A DNA stretch of 64,000 nt from Eledone cirrhosa (lineage: Eukaryota). The number at the start of each line of letters is the position of its first letter. Position 1 is the stretch's first letter. Positions 11,894 to 25,227 of the stretch are shown in pieces. Both the position numbers and the translations under genes were made by a program. The notes beneath the pieces were generated by a model. The model was not told where the DNA came from and ran no database searches. It worked only from the letters and a program-made list of their open reading frames with translations. The stretch is taken from contig OZ024753.1 in the NCBI GenBank assembly GCA_964016885.1, forward strand, positions 19,220,001-19,284,000, given 5' to 3'.

Positions 11894-14800
11894 CTAACAG
11901 CGCTGCGATCGAATGTGGCTGTTTAGCCCAGCCAATGATCTAAAATGTCTTGCACAGAGTCGGCAATCAAAACATTCACTGGGAATAGTCGGCTGTGGTT
12001 GGAGTTCGTGTACTTTTGCATGTCCCTTGAGCCCTCCTGCTGATTTACATTCTCTACCACATGTTTGGCAAGCATGATGAGTAGCATCTCCAACAGCAGC
12101 CTGGTAGTCAACCACTGGTCTTACTTTATGACTGCGAAGATGACTTTGAGTCCAGCTTTGCTTAGGTAGAGTCTCGCACATACGCTGCATGCCAGCACCA
12201 TAGGAGGACCCTCGCGGTCTGGAAGTGCAACAGCAATGCCCTTCCTCACATCCCGCTTTACTTCCTCGTATGCGATTCGAGATGCCTCGAAGGCAACTTT
12301 TCCCTTATATACAGTCTTTCTCCATTTATTACGATCAGCAGCAATATTCTCCCATGTATCAGCAGAGATGTTAGCGTCTTTCAGAGAGGCTTTCAAGGAA
12401 TCCTTATACCTCTTTTTTGATTTATGTGGCGGTCGTTTTCCTTTAACCAACTCTCCATAAAATAGATCTTTTGGTATTCTAGAATCCTTCATCCTGGCAA
12501 GGTGACCACTCCAACGGAGTCGTTGCTTAAGCACAAGAGCTTCTATACTGTTACACATAGAGCTTTACAAAATCTCGACATCACTGATGTGGTCCCTCCA
12601 GTGAACGCCATGGATCCGTCTGAGAAACATCTGATGGAAACGCTGAAATTGCTTAAGGTGGTGTCGATATGTGACCCAGGTCTCGCAGGCATAAAGAAGA
12701 CAAGAGAGCACACCTGCCCTGTACACCTTTACCTTTGTCCTCCTGCATATATCTCGCCCATCCCAGAGTCGCCTTTCTAGCTTTCCGAAAGCATCACTTG
12801 CTTTCCTAATCCTAAGTGAGATTTCACTGTCAAGGTTGCTGTATCGATTGACAGTGCTTCCCAGGTAGACAAACTGATCAACCACTCCAAGTCGTTTGCC
12901 ATACACATAGATGTTTGGTTCAGTGTACTGCTTACTAGGGGCAGGTTGGTACATGACGACGGTTTTCTTGAGACTGACAGTCAGACCTAGGGCAGTGCAA
13001 GCGTCAGAAAATGTATTCAAAATGTGCTGCATATCACTCTCTGTGTGCGCTACAAGATCGCAATCATCTGCATACAAGAGGTCTCTTATGATTGATGTAA
13101 ATACTTTTGTCTTCGCAGCAAAGCGCCTGATGTTCGATATCGGATGTAAACACCATGCTCGCAATTCCTGAATGCAATACAGAAAACCATTGCAAAGTAT
13201 ATGGCAAACAGGGTCGGTACTGGAATATCCCCCTGTTTCACTCCATTTTTTACTGAGTTAGGCTCCGACATGTTACCCCCGACATTAACCCAAGCCTTCA
13301 TGTCGTCATATAAAGACCTAACTAAAGCAAGGAACTTATCAGGGCAACCAAGTTTCTGGAGAACCTTCCATAATGCATCTCTGTTAACAGTATTGAAAGC
13401 TTTTGTCAGATCGACAAAAACCTGATACAGACTCAAGCCTTGTTCCATGCACTTCTCCTGGAGCTGTCTAGCTGAGAAGATCATATCAGTAGTGCCGCGT
13501 CCAGCACGAAAACCAGATTGACTTTCAGGAAGAACACAATCTGCGATGTGTGTCAGCAGACGGTCCAGAAGCACCCTACATAAAACTTTCTCTACGACAG
13601 AAAGCAATGATATACCACTGTAGTTCCCACAATCGTTCCTGTTACCCTTTCCCTTGTACAAGACCACCATTACTGCATCTCTCCAGTCCTCAGGTACGGA
13701 TTCATTAGCCCATATCCTGCCAAACAAAGAGTGAAGATGTTGAAGGAGTCTCTCACCACCATATTGTAGGAGCTCAGCATGTTTGCCATCCATACCTGGA
13801 GATCTTGCACTGTTCAGCTTCGAAATAGCCACTGCAACCTCCACAAGCGTCGGAGGTTCTGCGAGAGCTACTTTCACAGGACTTTCTGGAATGAGATTGA
13901 GGAAATCTTCACTGACGCCAGACAGCTGATTCAAAAGATCATCAAAGTGCTCTCGCCACCTTCGTAGAATTCCCTGTGAGTCACGAAGAAGTTATTTGCC
14001 ATCCTTGCTGCGAAGCGGTGTCACCAGAGAAGAAGACGGTCCATAAACCTCACGCAAGAGACTGTACAACAGCTTTGTGTTATTGGAATCAGACGCAGTT
14101 TGTACCTCACCAGCCTTCTCACTCCACCACTGATCCTTCATCTGAGAAAGACTCCGCCTAACACGTACGTGATTTTACATCCCTGAGTTCCTCATGCAAC
14201 GTATTCCTCTCCTGTGGTTTTGCCGTCAAGTAGCGTGACAGAGCACGCCTCTTATCAGCCAACAAGTCTTCTATATGTACATCATTCTCATCAAACCAGT
14301 CCTGATGTTTCCTCTGCGCCAATGCCAGAACACGCCTGCCTACATCATAAACCGTCTTTTTAAGGGTCGGCCAATCCTCACCAAGATCTGCAACCTGCAT
14401 CTCTTCTTTCAATGTCCTCTTCACATTTTTATTCTTAAGACGAGCAGCATTCAATCTTTTGGGCAGGGCAATACCAGGAGCCCGGATTTTACGTTTAGTA
14501 ATTAGTTTCACTTTTGCGCGTACCAGGTGGTGGTCCGTCCAGCACTCAGCTCCACGAAGAACACGAACACACTGCACATCCTGTCTGTCACGCATCCTGA
14601 CTAGGACGTATTCCAAAAGATGCCATTCCTTAGATGCAGGATGCATCCATGTGGTCTTGAATTTGTTCTTTTTTTGGAACATGGTGTTGGTAACACACAG
14701 ATCCAGCTCCTCACACATATGCAGCACGAGCATACCATTGTTGTTACACTTTCCCACCCCATGCCTTCCAATTACATTCCATGTGTTAAAATCCCTACCC

Positions 14801-15453
14801 ACTCTAGCATTAAAGTCACCAAGCACGATGACTTTGTCTGCCTGAGGGATATTTCTTAAAACACCTTTCAAGGCATGGTAAAAGGACACCTTTTCCTCAT
14901 TGACAGAACTCATAGTTGGAGCATACACACTCACCAGGGTAGCATATCTTCCCTTGTCCAGCGGAACTCTCATGGACATAAGACGCTCACTAATCCCTAC
15001 CGGGAATTCTTCTAATTTGTTCACAAGGACAGTCTTAACAGCAAATCCTACCCCAGCCTCTCTTCTGGTTCCTTCATCTCTTCCTTTCCATAAGAATATA
15101 TATTCTCCTCAAAATTCCGTAAGATGACCATCTCCAGCTAGCCTCGTCTCAGATGAAACCACAATGTCAAGATCGTAACGTGGAAGCTCCTTTCCAACAA
15201 GAGCGGTCCTTCGTTCAGGACGCCCCAAGGAATCCCTGTCATGCAGCGTCCGTACGTTCCAGCAGCCAAGACTAAATGCCTTGTTTGGCTCTATTACAAT
15301 GGCACGATGACGAGCGGGTCCAGGCTGTGATAACCTGGGGCCTCTTCCCTTATTGCCAATGATCTTTTTTGTTCCAGAACCTAAATTGCCCATTATCTCT
15401 TTTATATTGTTCTGGAACATCATTGAATTGGAAAAAAAAAAAAAGTAATAATA

Positions 15454-15484
<31 letters not shown>

Positions 15485-15770
15485 TAGTACACTATTAATA
15501 ATTATTAATGCACTCGTGCAATGCCTGTGCGTGACGAATATTTTTAAAATGAGGAAAGACTGTGCACTGAGCCAATCCCACTCTCTGAGCGACAGTAGCT
15601 ATAACCCGAAAAGAAGAAAAGATCAACATTATCGGTAACTACTGAGCCGCAGGTTTTATGTCGGAGTTAACCCAGTTTCCTGAGATGCCTTCTCCTAGAA
15701 GAATGCCCTGACAAGGGCTAAGGGTTCTTCACTCCCAGTTGTTTAACTGCGCGATCGGTCATCCAGCCCG
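11894..15770 (-). mobile_element. Near full-length RTE-clade (BovB-like) LINE: APE endonuclease, RT and C-terminal C2H2 fingers; frameshifted; probable 5' UTR to ~15770 interrupted by (AAT)n
   Basis: CWNVRTL..RPERRTALV, LGDFNARVG, WTDH, LPESQSGFR, VDLTKAF, GVKQG and LLYADD in ORFs 15109-15492, 14158-15024, 13086-13934, 12565-13164, 12121-12558 and 11894-12190. Confidence 0.92.
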
Positions 15771-15883
15771 ATTATTTCTATGTCCCCGCGCAAACAAAAA
15801 AATCACTTATTGACACTTATACGTACGACACACACACGCGCATACATATGCGCGCACACAGCAACACTCATACATACAAACAA

Positions 15884-15945
<62 letters not shown>

Positions 15946-16074
15946 CCGTCATTACTGATACAAGATTACAAGATTATGTCAACTGTCAACTGTTGACTTT
16001 CAAGAGTTTGTTATAATTGAAGCCGATCGTACTACAGTCCAGTATTATTATAATTACTTTACAGCATAGAGTCA

Positions 16075-16210
16075 CGGCCCTCCACGCTCTGAGCTCAAAT
16101 CCCGCCGAGGTCAACCTTGCCTTTCATCCCCACGGAGTCAACAAAAGAGAGTACCAGTGATGCGCTGGGCCAGTCGCAAGATCCGTGCCAAAAGTAGAAA
16201 AATTATTATT
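16075..16210 (+). mobile_element. OK-like tRNA-derived SINE, partial
   Basis: gagctcaaatcccgccgaggtcaaccttgcctttcatcc...gtgccaaaagtagaaa. Confidence 0.75.
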
Positions 16211-16326
16211 GAAGTTGTTTTCTTACGGCCCGGTCGCTGGTGATGGTGATGGCGGCGGCGGTAGTGGTGGTGGTGGTGGCAATTGATGTTGTTGTGTACA
16301 TACATACATACATACATACATACATA

Positions 16327-18600
16327 GAATTTCACTTTCTATCGGCAAGATCTCATACGGCTGTTTACAGAAACCATTAAGGGCACACAAGAACTGCCCA
16401 GATGGTTATCAACTGCCTCTACTCTCCTCATTCCCCAAAATAGCCAAACCACCCTTGCTTAAAATTACCGCCCAATTGCCTGCCAAAACATCATGTACAA
16501 ATTATATACTGGGTGCCTTAATCTGTTCTTACAGGATCACTGTGCTACCAACAACATCATAACACCTGAGCAAGCTGGTGGAAAGAGGGAGGTGTGGGGT
16601 TGCATAGATCACCTACTAACTAACAAAATGATTCAGGAAAAAACAACAAAGAATCGCAGAAAAATGACTGTCGTATGGCTGGACTATCAAAAAGCATTTG
16701 ATAGTGTACCTCATGGGTGGATTGTTAAGGCTTTACAGTTAGCTAAAGTCTCACAACCATTGGTAGCTGCTGTTGAATGTCTGACCAAGAACTGGTACAC
16801 CAGTGTGATCCTTAGAGGTGAGAAGGAGCAGGTTAAGACTGATAAGATACATTACCAGAAGGGCATCTTTCAGGGTGATAGCTTGTCAGTGCTACTCTTC
16901 GTTCTCTCACTGAATCCACTATCTTACCTACTCAGGAAACAAGGTGGACAAAGAAGTGGGCCCAGAAGTATCTCCCATCTTTTCTTTGTTGATGACCTGA
17001 AGTTGTATGGGCCAAATATCAATGACATCAAGAAACAATTGGACCTCATTACACAATTTTCAACCGACATCAAAATGAAATTTGGTGAGTCCAAGTGTGC
17101 ATATTTGGCAGTAAAACTTGGAAGAGCTGTGCCCTCCTCTAGAAATCTAGAGATGAACGGCCTGACAATACAACCTCTGCAGTCAGGTGACAACTACAGA
17201 TATCTTGGACAGGATGAGAATGTCAGATATGATGGACCCATAAATAAGGAGAGAACCAGAACTGAATACCTCAGAAGAGTAAAGAAAATATGGTCATCAG
17301 AACTGTCAGCATACAACAAATACATTTCCCACAATACTTATGCTGTGCCAATTCTAACGCCAACATTTGGCCTACTGAACTGGTCATGGCAAGAACTAAG
17401 TGAGCTGGATGTTAGAACTCGAAAACTTCTCAGCGTTACTGGGAACTTTATCATCAATGGTGATGTGGATAGGCTATACTTCTCACGCAAGGAAGGTGGC
17501 CGAGGTCTAAAATCAATATTAACAACATATGAGACCCGGATAGTAACACTGAAGCAACACCTTCAACGGAGGAAAAAGGTTGGCAACCATCTTGCCCAGG
17601 TTTATGACCATGAAAAAAGAAATATCATTAGAATAGTGACTGATCTGGAGGAGAGATATGGAATAAAGCCTGATATAAATCTCTCACCCAGAGAAATCGG
17701 AAGATCCTATTCAATGTTCAAACAAGATAAAAATATTGACCAATTTACAGAAAAAGTTGTGCATGGATACTTGAGGCGTAAAACACAGACCATAGAGAGG
17801 ATAAACCACTCAAAAAGCCTGGCATGGAGTTCCGACAAGTTTATGACATCACACCTTGAGGGATATCTCTATGCAATACAGGAACAAGAACTCCCTACCA
17901 AATATCTGCTGCACAAAAGAGGAGGGCCAGCAGCTGACAATAAATGTAGGCTATGTAAAACAAAGATCGAAGATGTAAGACACATTGTTGCCAGCTGCGA
18001 AAGAATGTCATCTCGCTACTACCTCCCCATGAGACACGATGGGATAGCTAGAACCATCTGGAACGCACTTCGGAAAACAAAATTAACAACAAACGAGGAA
18101 GAATATATTGAGACAGATGGCACTAAGGAATACTGGTGGAACCTGAAAATAAAAACTGCCACCAAATTAGAGCACAACCGGCCTGATATTGTAGTTTGGG
18201 ACCACACATTGAAAACGTGTTCTGTTGTGGAGATCAGCTGCCCACTTGATGTAAACGTTGTCAGAAAAATACAGGAGAAGCAGGACATCTACGGACCATT
18301 GATGAGGAATTTACAAATCCAGTATCCAAGATACACCTTTAGCTTCATACCCATCATTATTGGTGCTACGGGTTATATACCAACCCGCTTGGACCAAAGT
18401 ATGACTGAACTTGGATTTGCGGACAAAAAGCGCAGCTCCCTAATTCATAGTCTACAAATGGCTGCGATAGCTGACACCTTCAAAATTTGCAAAACATTCT
18501 TGCGATTCAAGGGATGACAATTTCTTTTCTTTTACAACCTTGCCACCAACAAGGTTGCCGGTCAAAAAAAATATACTCGAAATTAAGAGAAAGAGAAAAC
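16327..18600 (+). mobile_element. R4/Dong-type RLE LINE, 5'-truncated, inserted in (ACAT)n
   Basis: (ACAT)n on both sides (16297-16326, 18600-18707); contains the long ORF 16493-18517. Confidence 0.93.
16493..18517 (+). CDS. Reverse transcriptase + CCHC + RLE endonuclease (674 aa open)
   Basis: LDYQKAFDSVPH, GIFQGDSLS, HLFFVDDLKL, YRYLG, CRLC..IEDVRHIVASC, RHD, NRPDIVVWD. Confidence 0.92.
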   Translation: MYKLYTGCLNLFLQDHCATNNIITPEQAGGKREVWGCIDHLLTNKMIQEKTTKNRRKMTVVWLDYQKAFDSVPHGWIVKALQLAKVSQPLVAAVECLTKNWYTSVILRGEKEQVKTDKIHYQKGIFQGDSLSVLLFVLSLNPLSYLLRKQGGQRSGPRSISHLFFVDDLKLYGPNINDIKKQLDLITQFSTDIKMKFGESKCAYLAVKLGRAVPSSRNLEMNGLTIQPLQSGDNYRYLGQDENVRYDGPINKERTRTEYLRRVKKIWSSELSAYNKYISHNTYAVPILTPTFGLLNWSWQELSELDVRTRKLLSVTGNFIINGDVDRLYFSRKEGGRGLKSILTTYETRIVTLKQHLQRRKKVGNHLAQVYDHEKRNIIRIVTDLEERYGIKPDINLSPREIGRSYSMFKQDKNIDQFTEKVVHGYLRRKTQTIERINHSKSLAWSSDKFMTSHLEGYLYAIQEQELPTKYLLHKRGGPAADNKCRLCKTKIEDVRHIVASCERMSSRYYLPMRHDGIARTIWNALRKTKLTTNEEEYIETDGTKEYWWNLKIKTATKLEHNRPDIVVWDHTLKTCSVVEISCPLDVNVVRKIQEKQDIYGPLMRNLQIQYPRYTFSFIPIIIGATGYIPTRLDQSMTELGFADKKRSSLIHSLQMAAIADTFKICKTFLRFKG

Positions 18601-18646
18601 ATACATACATACATAATACATACATACATACATGTATACATACATA

Positions 18647-18689
<43 letters not shown>

Positions 18690-18707
18690 CATACATACAT
18701 ACGTACA

Positions 18708-19630
18708 TGATGGCTGCAAACTCTTGTTCGAGCATTGCCATCGGCCGATAAAATGCTCAAAAATGGGTGCACGAATGTGGAAGTTTAAACTAGCTAAAGA
18801 CTTGCATCCTCTGAAATATACATGGCAACTCTAGGCTCCTCCGGGACTTTGCATTGCTTTGTCCTGACTGTGTGTTCTCATGTGTCTTTTAAGCCCTCCC
18901 ATGCTAGCACATTCCTTACAACTTTTCAGATCATAATCTACATGAGGTCTTCTGATATGACTTTGTTCGTGTCTAGTCAAACCAGCTTTGCTCAGGCAGA
19001 CTCGACCACAGTGCTGGCAAACCAGATGATGTTCAACAGCAGGCAGTTCAGAACAGTCCCTTAACAAACATACATGCATATACACATATATATTTATATA
19101 TGTATATATATATATATGTTCTGGTTTTAAAAACTTCTAAAAATGTTTAAATCAGAAGAACATATACATACATGATGTCTGCAAGTTATCAAATATGGTC
19201 ATTGCACTGGAAAAAAAAAACATTAACAATTAATGGTGCAGCGATCGAATGTGTTTTTTTTAGTCCAGCCAATGATTTAAAATGTCTTGCACAGAGTTGG
19301 CAACCAAAACATTCACTAGCAATAGCCGGCTGTGGTTGGAGTTCATGTACTTTTGCATGTCGTTTGAGCCCTCCTCCTGATTTGCATTCTCTTCAACGTG
19401 TTTGACAAGCATGATGAGTAGCATCTCCAACAGTAGCCTGGTAGTCAACCACTGGTCTCACTTTATGACTGCGAGTGCAGCTTTGCTGAGGCAGAGTCTC
19501 ACACAGACATTGCATGTCAGCACCACAGGAGGACCTTTGTTGTCTGGAAATGCAACAGCGATGTCTTTCCTCACATCCCTTTTTACTTTTTCGCATACGA
19601 TTCGGGATGCTTCAAAAGCAACTTTCTTAT
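18708..19630 (-). mobile_element. 3' end of an RTE LINE (same family as 11894-15770) with C2H2 finger array and (TGTA)n tail, interrupted at ~19062-19230
   Basis: 19235-19630 aligns with 11896-12305; 18730-19060 encodes three further CxxC..H..H motifs. Confidence 0.8.
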
Positions 19631-19631
19631 T

Positions 19632-19947
19632 TGCCATATTCCTATTTACCATATACTTTGCGATGGTTTTCTATATTGCATTGAGCAATTGCAAGATTGG
19701 TGCTTACATCTACTATATAATCCCTGGCAGCATATTTAACATCAAGCACTTTGCTGCAAAGGTATTTACCTCTATCATAAAAGACCTCTTATATGCAGGT
19801 GATTGTGATCTTGTAGCGCACACAGAGATTTATATGCTGCACAATAGGAACACATTTTCTGATGCTTGCACTGCCCTAGGGTTGACTGTCAGTCTCAAGA
19901 AAACCGTCGTCATGTACCAACCTACCCCTGGTAAGCAGTACAGTGAA
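19632..19947 (+). mobile_element. Inverted RTE RT fragment
   Basis: IYFAMVF...[18 protein letters not shown]...KKTVVMYQP matches 12920-13205 in the opposite orientation. Confidence 0.82.
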
Positions 19948-20012
19948 CAAACGTGCATGCATACATAGATACATACATACATGCATATATACACACATGC
20001 ATACATACATAC

Positions 20013-21812
20013 ATGAGGATTACGGCGTCTTCACAGACGATTGCCGTCTCTTATTCATTCTTCGTTATCATCCCATCTGCGTCCATGACTTCGTAGATGA
20101 CTTTGTAGTTCTGCATGATAGATCTACTGTAGATCTGCATGGTTTATGACACAGGTGACAGAGGGGAGTTGTGTTTTCCACAGGACCGGTGCTGTCACCT
20201 TGTAGGACACAATCTTTATATACCACCATGTGTTTTTTTTAAAGTCCGGAACTAGTTCTACACACTTCGTATATCAAGGACGTTGTTTCACCAGGTCTTT
20301 GTTGAGTGGAGTTGCGGGTAGTTATCCTTTCATGTGACTTCAGGTGATTAACATAACCAGCTTTGAGAGGAGTACACGCTCACAGAAATTGCTTGTCAAA
20401 CTATTGATGACTTCATCAAGACTGTGAACACAGCACTTTCGGGGCTGACGTTTCAACTGTTTATTTTCTAGACGGCATTCCTCAAAAGTTTGCAACTGCC
20501 TTTATGAGCTTTATCCACTCAGCCCTATTTAGAGGTATCTCATCCAAGTTGTCTATATCAAATGCCGGCTCTTTGAGATTCTTCTTGGTACTGGCCCTGA
20601 AGCTCATTTTCCGTTTGTGTTGAAGTCTTTTTTCCAAGATGGAGCTCACCGTAAAACAGTTGCTTCGCGATCCTGTTTTTTTTTTCATGCGAAGGAAATA
20701 TCCTGTCCAGCGCATTTGAGAAGATGTTATTTGGGACTCAATTCTTGGCCATTCTTCTTTGATAAGAACATGGATGTCAGGAGTTCTGTCTTGCCACATG
20801 ATGGTGAATATGCGCCTTAAACATTTCTGCTGAAAACGCTCAAGCAATTTGGTGTGTTTGCGGAAGAGCGTCCAGGTTTCAGCGGAGTATATAAGAGTTG
20901 ACAGAACACATGATCTACACTCACACCTTGGTATTGTTGGTAATGTTGCGATTTGTTCAAACACTATATTCCAATTTTCTGAATGCACCAGAGGCCTTCT
21001 GGATTCGCAGATGTATTTCAGCATCCAAGGAGCCATCATTTGAGAGTGTTCTACCCAAGTAGACACATTTATCTACTACTCCCAACCTGGTTCTATCAAC
21101 CACGATATTGGTTTCAGTATATAGTTCTTGAGGAGCAGGTGTAAACATTGCTTTGGTCTTTTTAAGGCTGATTATAAGCCCAAATGATGTACACTAGTAT
21201 GAGATAAAGGGTTGCATGAAAATCACCGTCGTCGGCGTAAAGAAGGTCTCTGATCAAAGCTTGAAAAGTGTTTGTATTGGCATTAAACCTTATTAAGTTG
21301 AAAACCTTTCCACTAATTCTGAACCGTAAAATAATGTCTCTGTCACAATTATGGAAAGCAAGTGTGAGCAAGGCAGAAAAGATAATGGAGAAAAGCGTAG
21401 GAGCAGGAATATCATCTTGATTTACCCCGTTGTTAATTGGGATTTCCCCTGAGAGTTGGCCATTGAAGGTAATCCAAGCTTTCATATTTTGTGCAGCTGC
21501 TTTAGCATACTCAAAAACTTGAGTGGACATCCTACGTTTCCAATAATTATCCAGAGTCCATCTCTGTTTACTGTGTCAAATGCCTTCGTTTGGTCGACAA
21601 AGCTTGATATAGGGGCACACACTGCTCAATGCATTTTTCTTGTATTTGTCTTACAGAGGAAATCATGTCAACTGTTCCCTTTCCGCTTCTAAAACCACTC
21701 TGTGATTCTGGGATAGCTGTAGGACAGATATTCTCCTCCAGTCTGTTGAGCAAATGTCTTGCGAGAAACTTGCCAACGGCCTCCAGCAAAGTGATTCCAC
21801 GTTAGTTTCTAC
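20013..21812 (-). mobile_element. Degenerate 5'-truncated RTE LINE (RT, C-terminal fingers, (TGTA)n tail)
   Basis: [30 protein letters not shown] and LIYSAETW in fragmented ORFs. Confidence 0.85.
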
Positions 21813-22307
21813 GTTGCTTCACAGTTTTTAAACTTTATTGTTTTTTAAGTTTTGCTGTTTATTTGTTACACCCTATTTGTTATTTTGTATTCCTATAATC
21901 TTTATATAGTATAGTGTGGGACTATTTCACTTCATAGGAATATAACATTGAACTAAGAGAGGAATCAAAAGCTGATATTGACTTAGTTTAGCTTAACTAA
22001 CATTATGTTATTTGTTTATTAGGTCTCCTCTTTACACAACTCTATCATTGAGATCATTAGTATAACGGGTGTACATAATTGGTGATTGCCTAGCATACGA
22101 TACTTCACCGGCCAATTGTACGGGTTCTACTATTATTTAATTAAATCTTTTAAACATTTTAAAATATTCAATTTTAATCTTTAATTCGTAAATCCTAAAA
22201 TTAACCTAAACTTTAACTTCTTAACAATATTAACCTTAAATTTCTTTGAAGCGCTAAATTTGTTTTCGTGCGTGCGCGCGTGTGTGTGTGCGCGTGTGTG
22301 TGTGTGT

Positions 22308-22367
<60 letters not shown>

Positions 22368-23332
22368 TGTGTGTGTGAGATATACACAGACGCACATACA
22401 TGCATACACATACGTCTGTTTGTGTTTAAATGAATATATGTATACATGTGTGACAATACATTCAAGAGTGTTCCTAATACTTACGTCATACCTTTTGCAG
22501 TAAACGCTTTTAAATGGAATGGATATTCTGTATTAAAGCTCGGATTAACACGGAAACATGTTTATTATTGGCGAAATATAAAGAATGCTTACATGAAAGA
22601 AGAGATCGAAGTTTATGTTGAACATATTACATACGTATTCTCCCAAATAATTGGCAAATGACCTGAGATGACTATAATAGTATACAAACCTACATTACGT
22701 ATGATAAACAAATCGATTGTAGGGACGAGCTGATTGTAGTTGATTAAAACTCAGAGCTAGTCATTTGCGAAACACATGTAACGCGTGATTAGGAATAAAA
22801 TATGTTGACCTGAAACTTCCATCTATTTGTTAATATGTGTTTTATAATCTAGACTACATATTTGTTCCGTTGTTGCTGAAACTTTGAATTTTTATCAAGA
22901 AGGTTAATATATATTGGGGTTGTTTTGAATTGAGTGCTATTTTCTAGCACAACAATACTTATAAGAAGAAGTTACTGATTAGGAAATGAATTTATATACA
23001 GTAAGTAAATAAGTATATTCATCTTTTTGTTGTGTATGCATACATTCAACTGAAATATGCTGGTGTTTGTTCACTTCCTATGGGACTTGTTTCAATACAT
23101 TTCTGTTTAATACGTATCTAATGACACTTTTAAATAAAATATTTTCTCATAACAGCGAAAGCTTAGATTATTGTGGTGTTATACATACAAGTCTTTCAGA
23201 AAAGACATATCAATAATTAATTAGCAAATAAATTACCTTGTTTATTTAATGTGTTTATCGTATTAGTATACATATGCGTGTATGTATGTGCGTGTATCTG
23301 TGTATGTCTGAAAGTATGTTATATCTCGATGT

Positions 23333-23420
23333 GACAAGGCTTTCGAGGAAATTGATCACGGTTTTATATGTCAAAAACTTCGTGATGCTAGCAAACATCG
23401 GAAACTAGGCGAGTAGAAAG
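23333..23420 (+). pseudogene. Highly degraded CR1-like RT fragment
   Basis: Translates to DKAFEEIDHGFICQKLR...KLGE, resembling the KAFDKVDH..L..KL RT motif. Confidence 0.35.
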
Positions 23421-23869
23421 ATGATTTGATGAGAGATATGTCATCAGTGCAGCAAATATAAACCTATCAATAGACACATTAACTTCGGCTCTTCACATAC
23501 TCCATCTTCAGTTCTCAGACATTGTACCAGAACTGAATAAGACAACACGGAAGAATTAGAATCCTAGGAGATCAATGAGACTGTCGAATCTTCAGGCGTT
23601 TATGATTAATATCTTGGCAGTGAATGTGAAGTGTCATTAGAACGTCGGATAAAATACGTGGCGTTATATGTTCCAGTTTTCTGCGCTTGGAGTTCACCTC
23701 TCACTGGAGTCAATTGTTCAGTGTTTTCTTTCGAGATCGAGAAATACAGTACCAGTCTAGTACTGTCTTCGATTCTACCTCTATATCTGTTTTGCATTTC
23801 TTATCAATCACACACATCTCTCACTCCATCTCTCTCTCCATCTCTATATATCTTCCTCTCTCGCTATCT

Positions 23870-23956
<87 letters not shown>

Positions 23957-24136
23957 CAGATCTAAACAGGATTACAATATCCAGGAAACGTTGTATAATC
24001 ACTACGGTACGCCTACACTTTCAGTGGGAATTACGGAGCCTTACTGGGAAAACATATTAGTGCAGAGAAGCATATTTTCTCCGCTCTGTCAACTATTGCC
24101 TGTAACTATCGTCAAAGCATAGTGTTGAATTTTTTA

Positions 24137-24325
24137 ATTGTTTCTACATTTGGCACAAGGTCAGCAAATATCCCAGTGTATTACTGGTACTTTAATTTAT
24201 CGATCCCGTAAGGATGAAAGACAAATTTAACCTCGGCGGGATTTGAACTCAGAATGAAAAGGGCTATAACTCTATGCGTCGAAGCATGGCGTCCGACCCT
24301 CTACCAATGCTGCCTATCCACCGGC
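24137..24325 (-). mobile_element. OK-like tRNA-derived SINE
   Basis: Matches the other SINE copies; A/B boxes on the minus strand. Confidence 0.85.
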
Positions 24326-24571
24326 GGGATTTAATAATATAAAGCAATCAGCGACACCTCATCTTATGAATGTCTAGACTCCAGGTACCCGATGAGAGAA
24401 GGAAAGCTATAATGGTTTCTGATTTAGGCACAATTGAAAGATAAAAGATGCAGTAAATTTCTTGAAGCCGCAAGGAATATATAAATGCAAGTTTGAAGTC
24501 AATCGGAGTAGAATTGTGGATTTATATTATTACTAGATTTCTATAAGAATCAAACATTCATGATTTTTAGC

Positions 24572-24648
24572 AAACAGGCGGAGTACTTAGCTTTGATAAG
24601 CACCAAAAAGTGCGAAACAAAGCTCTGTCAGCATTATCTCCCCTGTTT
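24572..24648 (+). ncRNA. Type I hammerhead with U3-A8 variant core
   Basis: gct-TTGATAA-GCAC caaaaa GTGC-GAA-ACA aagctc TGT-C-agc; stem I extended by aaacaggcggag/ctcccctgttt; GUC triplet. Confidence 0.75.
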
Positions 24649-25062
24649 GGTGAAAATTAAATTAAGTGAGATTGTCACTACTCTAAAACTATAGCGTAAG
24701 GTCTTCGAGATGCTTTTAATTAAGCATACAGTGTATTGCTAAATACAGTATATATATGTATATATATATAAAATATAGAGGTGTATGAATTTGTATGAGA
24801 TAAAAATTAGCTAACAAGTATGAAGAGACAGAGTATGCGAGGGTGAATAGAAAAGAAAATGGCTGATAACGTAGGCTATTTAAGTGAATGACAGACAGTT
24901 TAAACATTTAATTGTTTAGAGACGCTGGAATGTATATTGTAAGAAGAGATATAGATATTTAATGGTTCTTCAACGGCCTAACCTTCACCGATATTTCTGT
25001 GAATTGTGAAGAATACCTCAGGTGAAAGTGAGCTTTGCAAGAAGACAATCCACTAGTGTATG

Positions 25063-25143
<81 letters not shown>

Positions 25144-25227
25144 ACATATATATATATATTTATGGATATATATACATATATATATATATTTATGGATATA
25201 TATACTGTATATATATATATATATATA

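Noticed and set aside
22654-22785. Long hairpin gcaaatgac/gtcatttgc followed by GAAACACATGTA
   Set aside because: No CUGANGA-like strand precedes the helix; at most a decayed HHR.
22850-23010. Possible host exon ending at a GTAAGT donor (~23001)
   Set aside because: No supporting ORF or recognisable protein; cannot be supported without transcript data.
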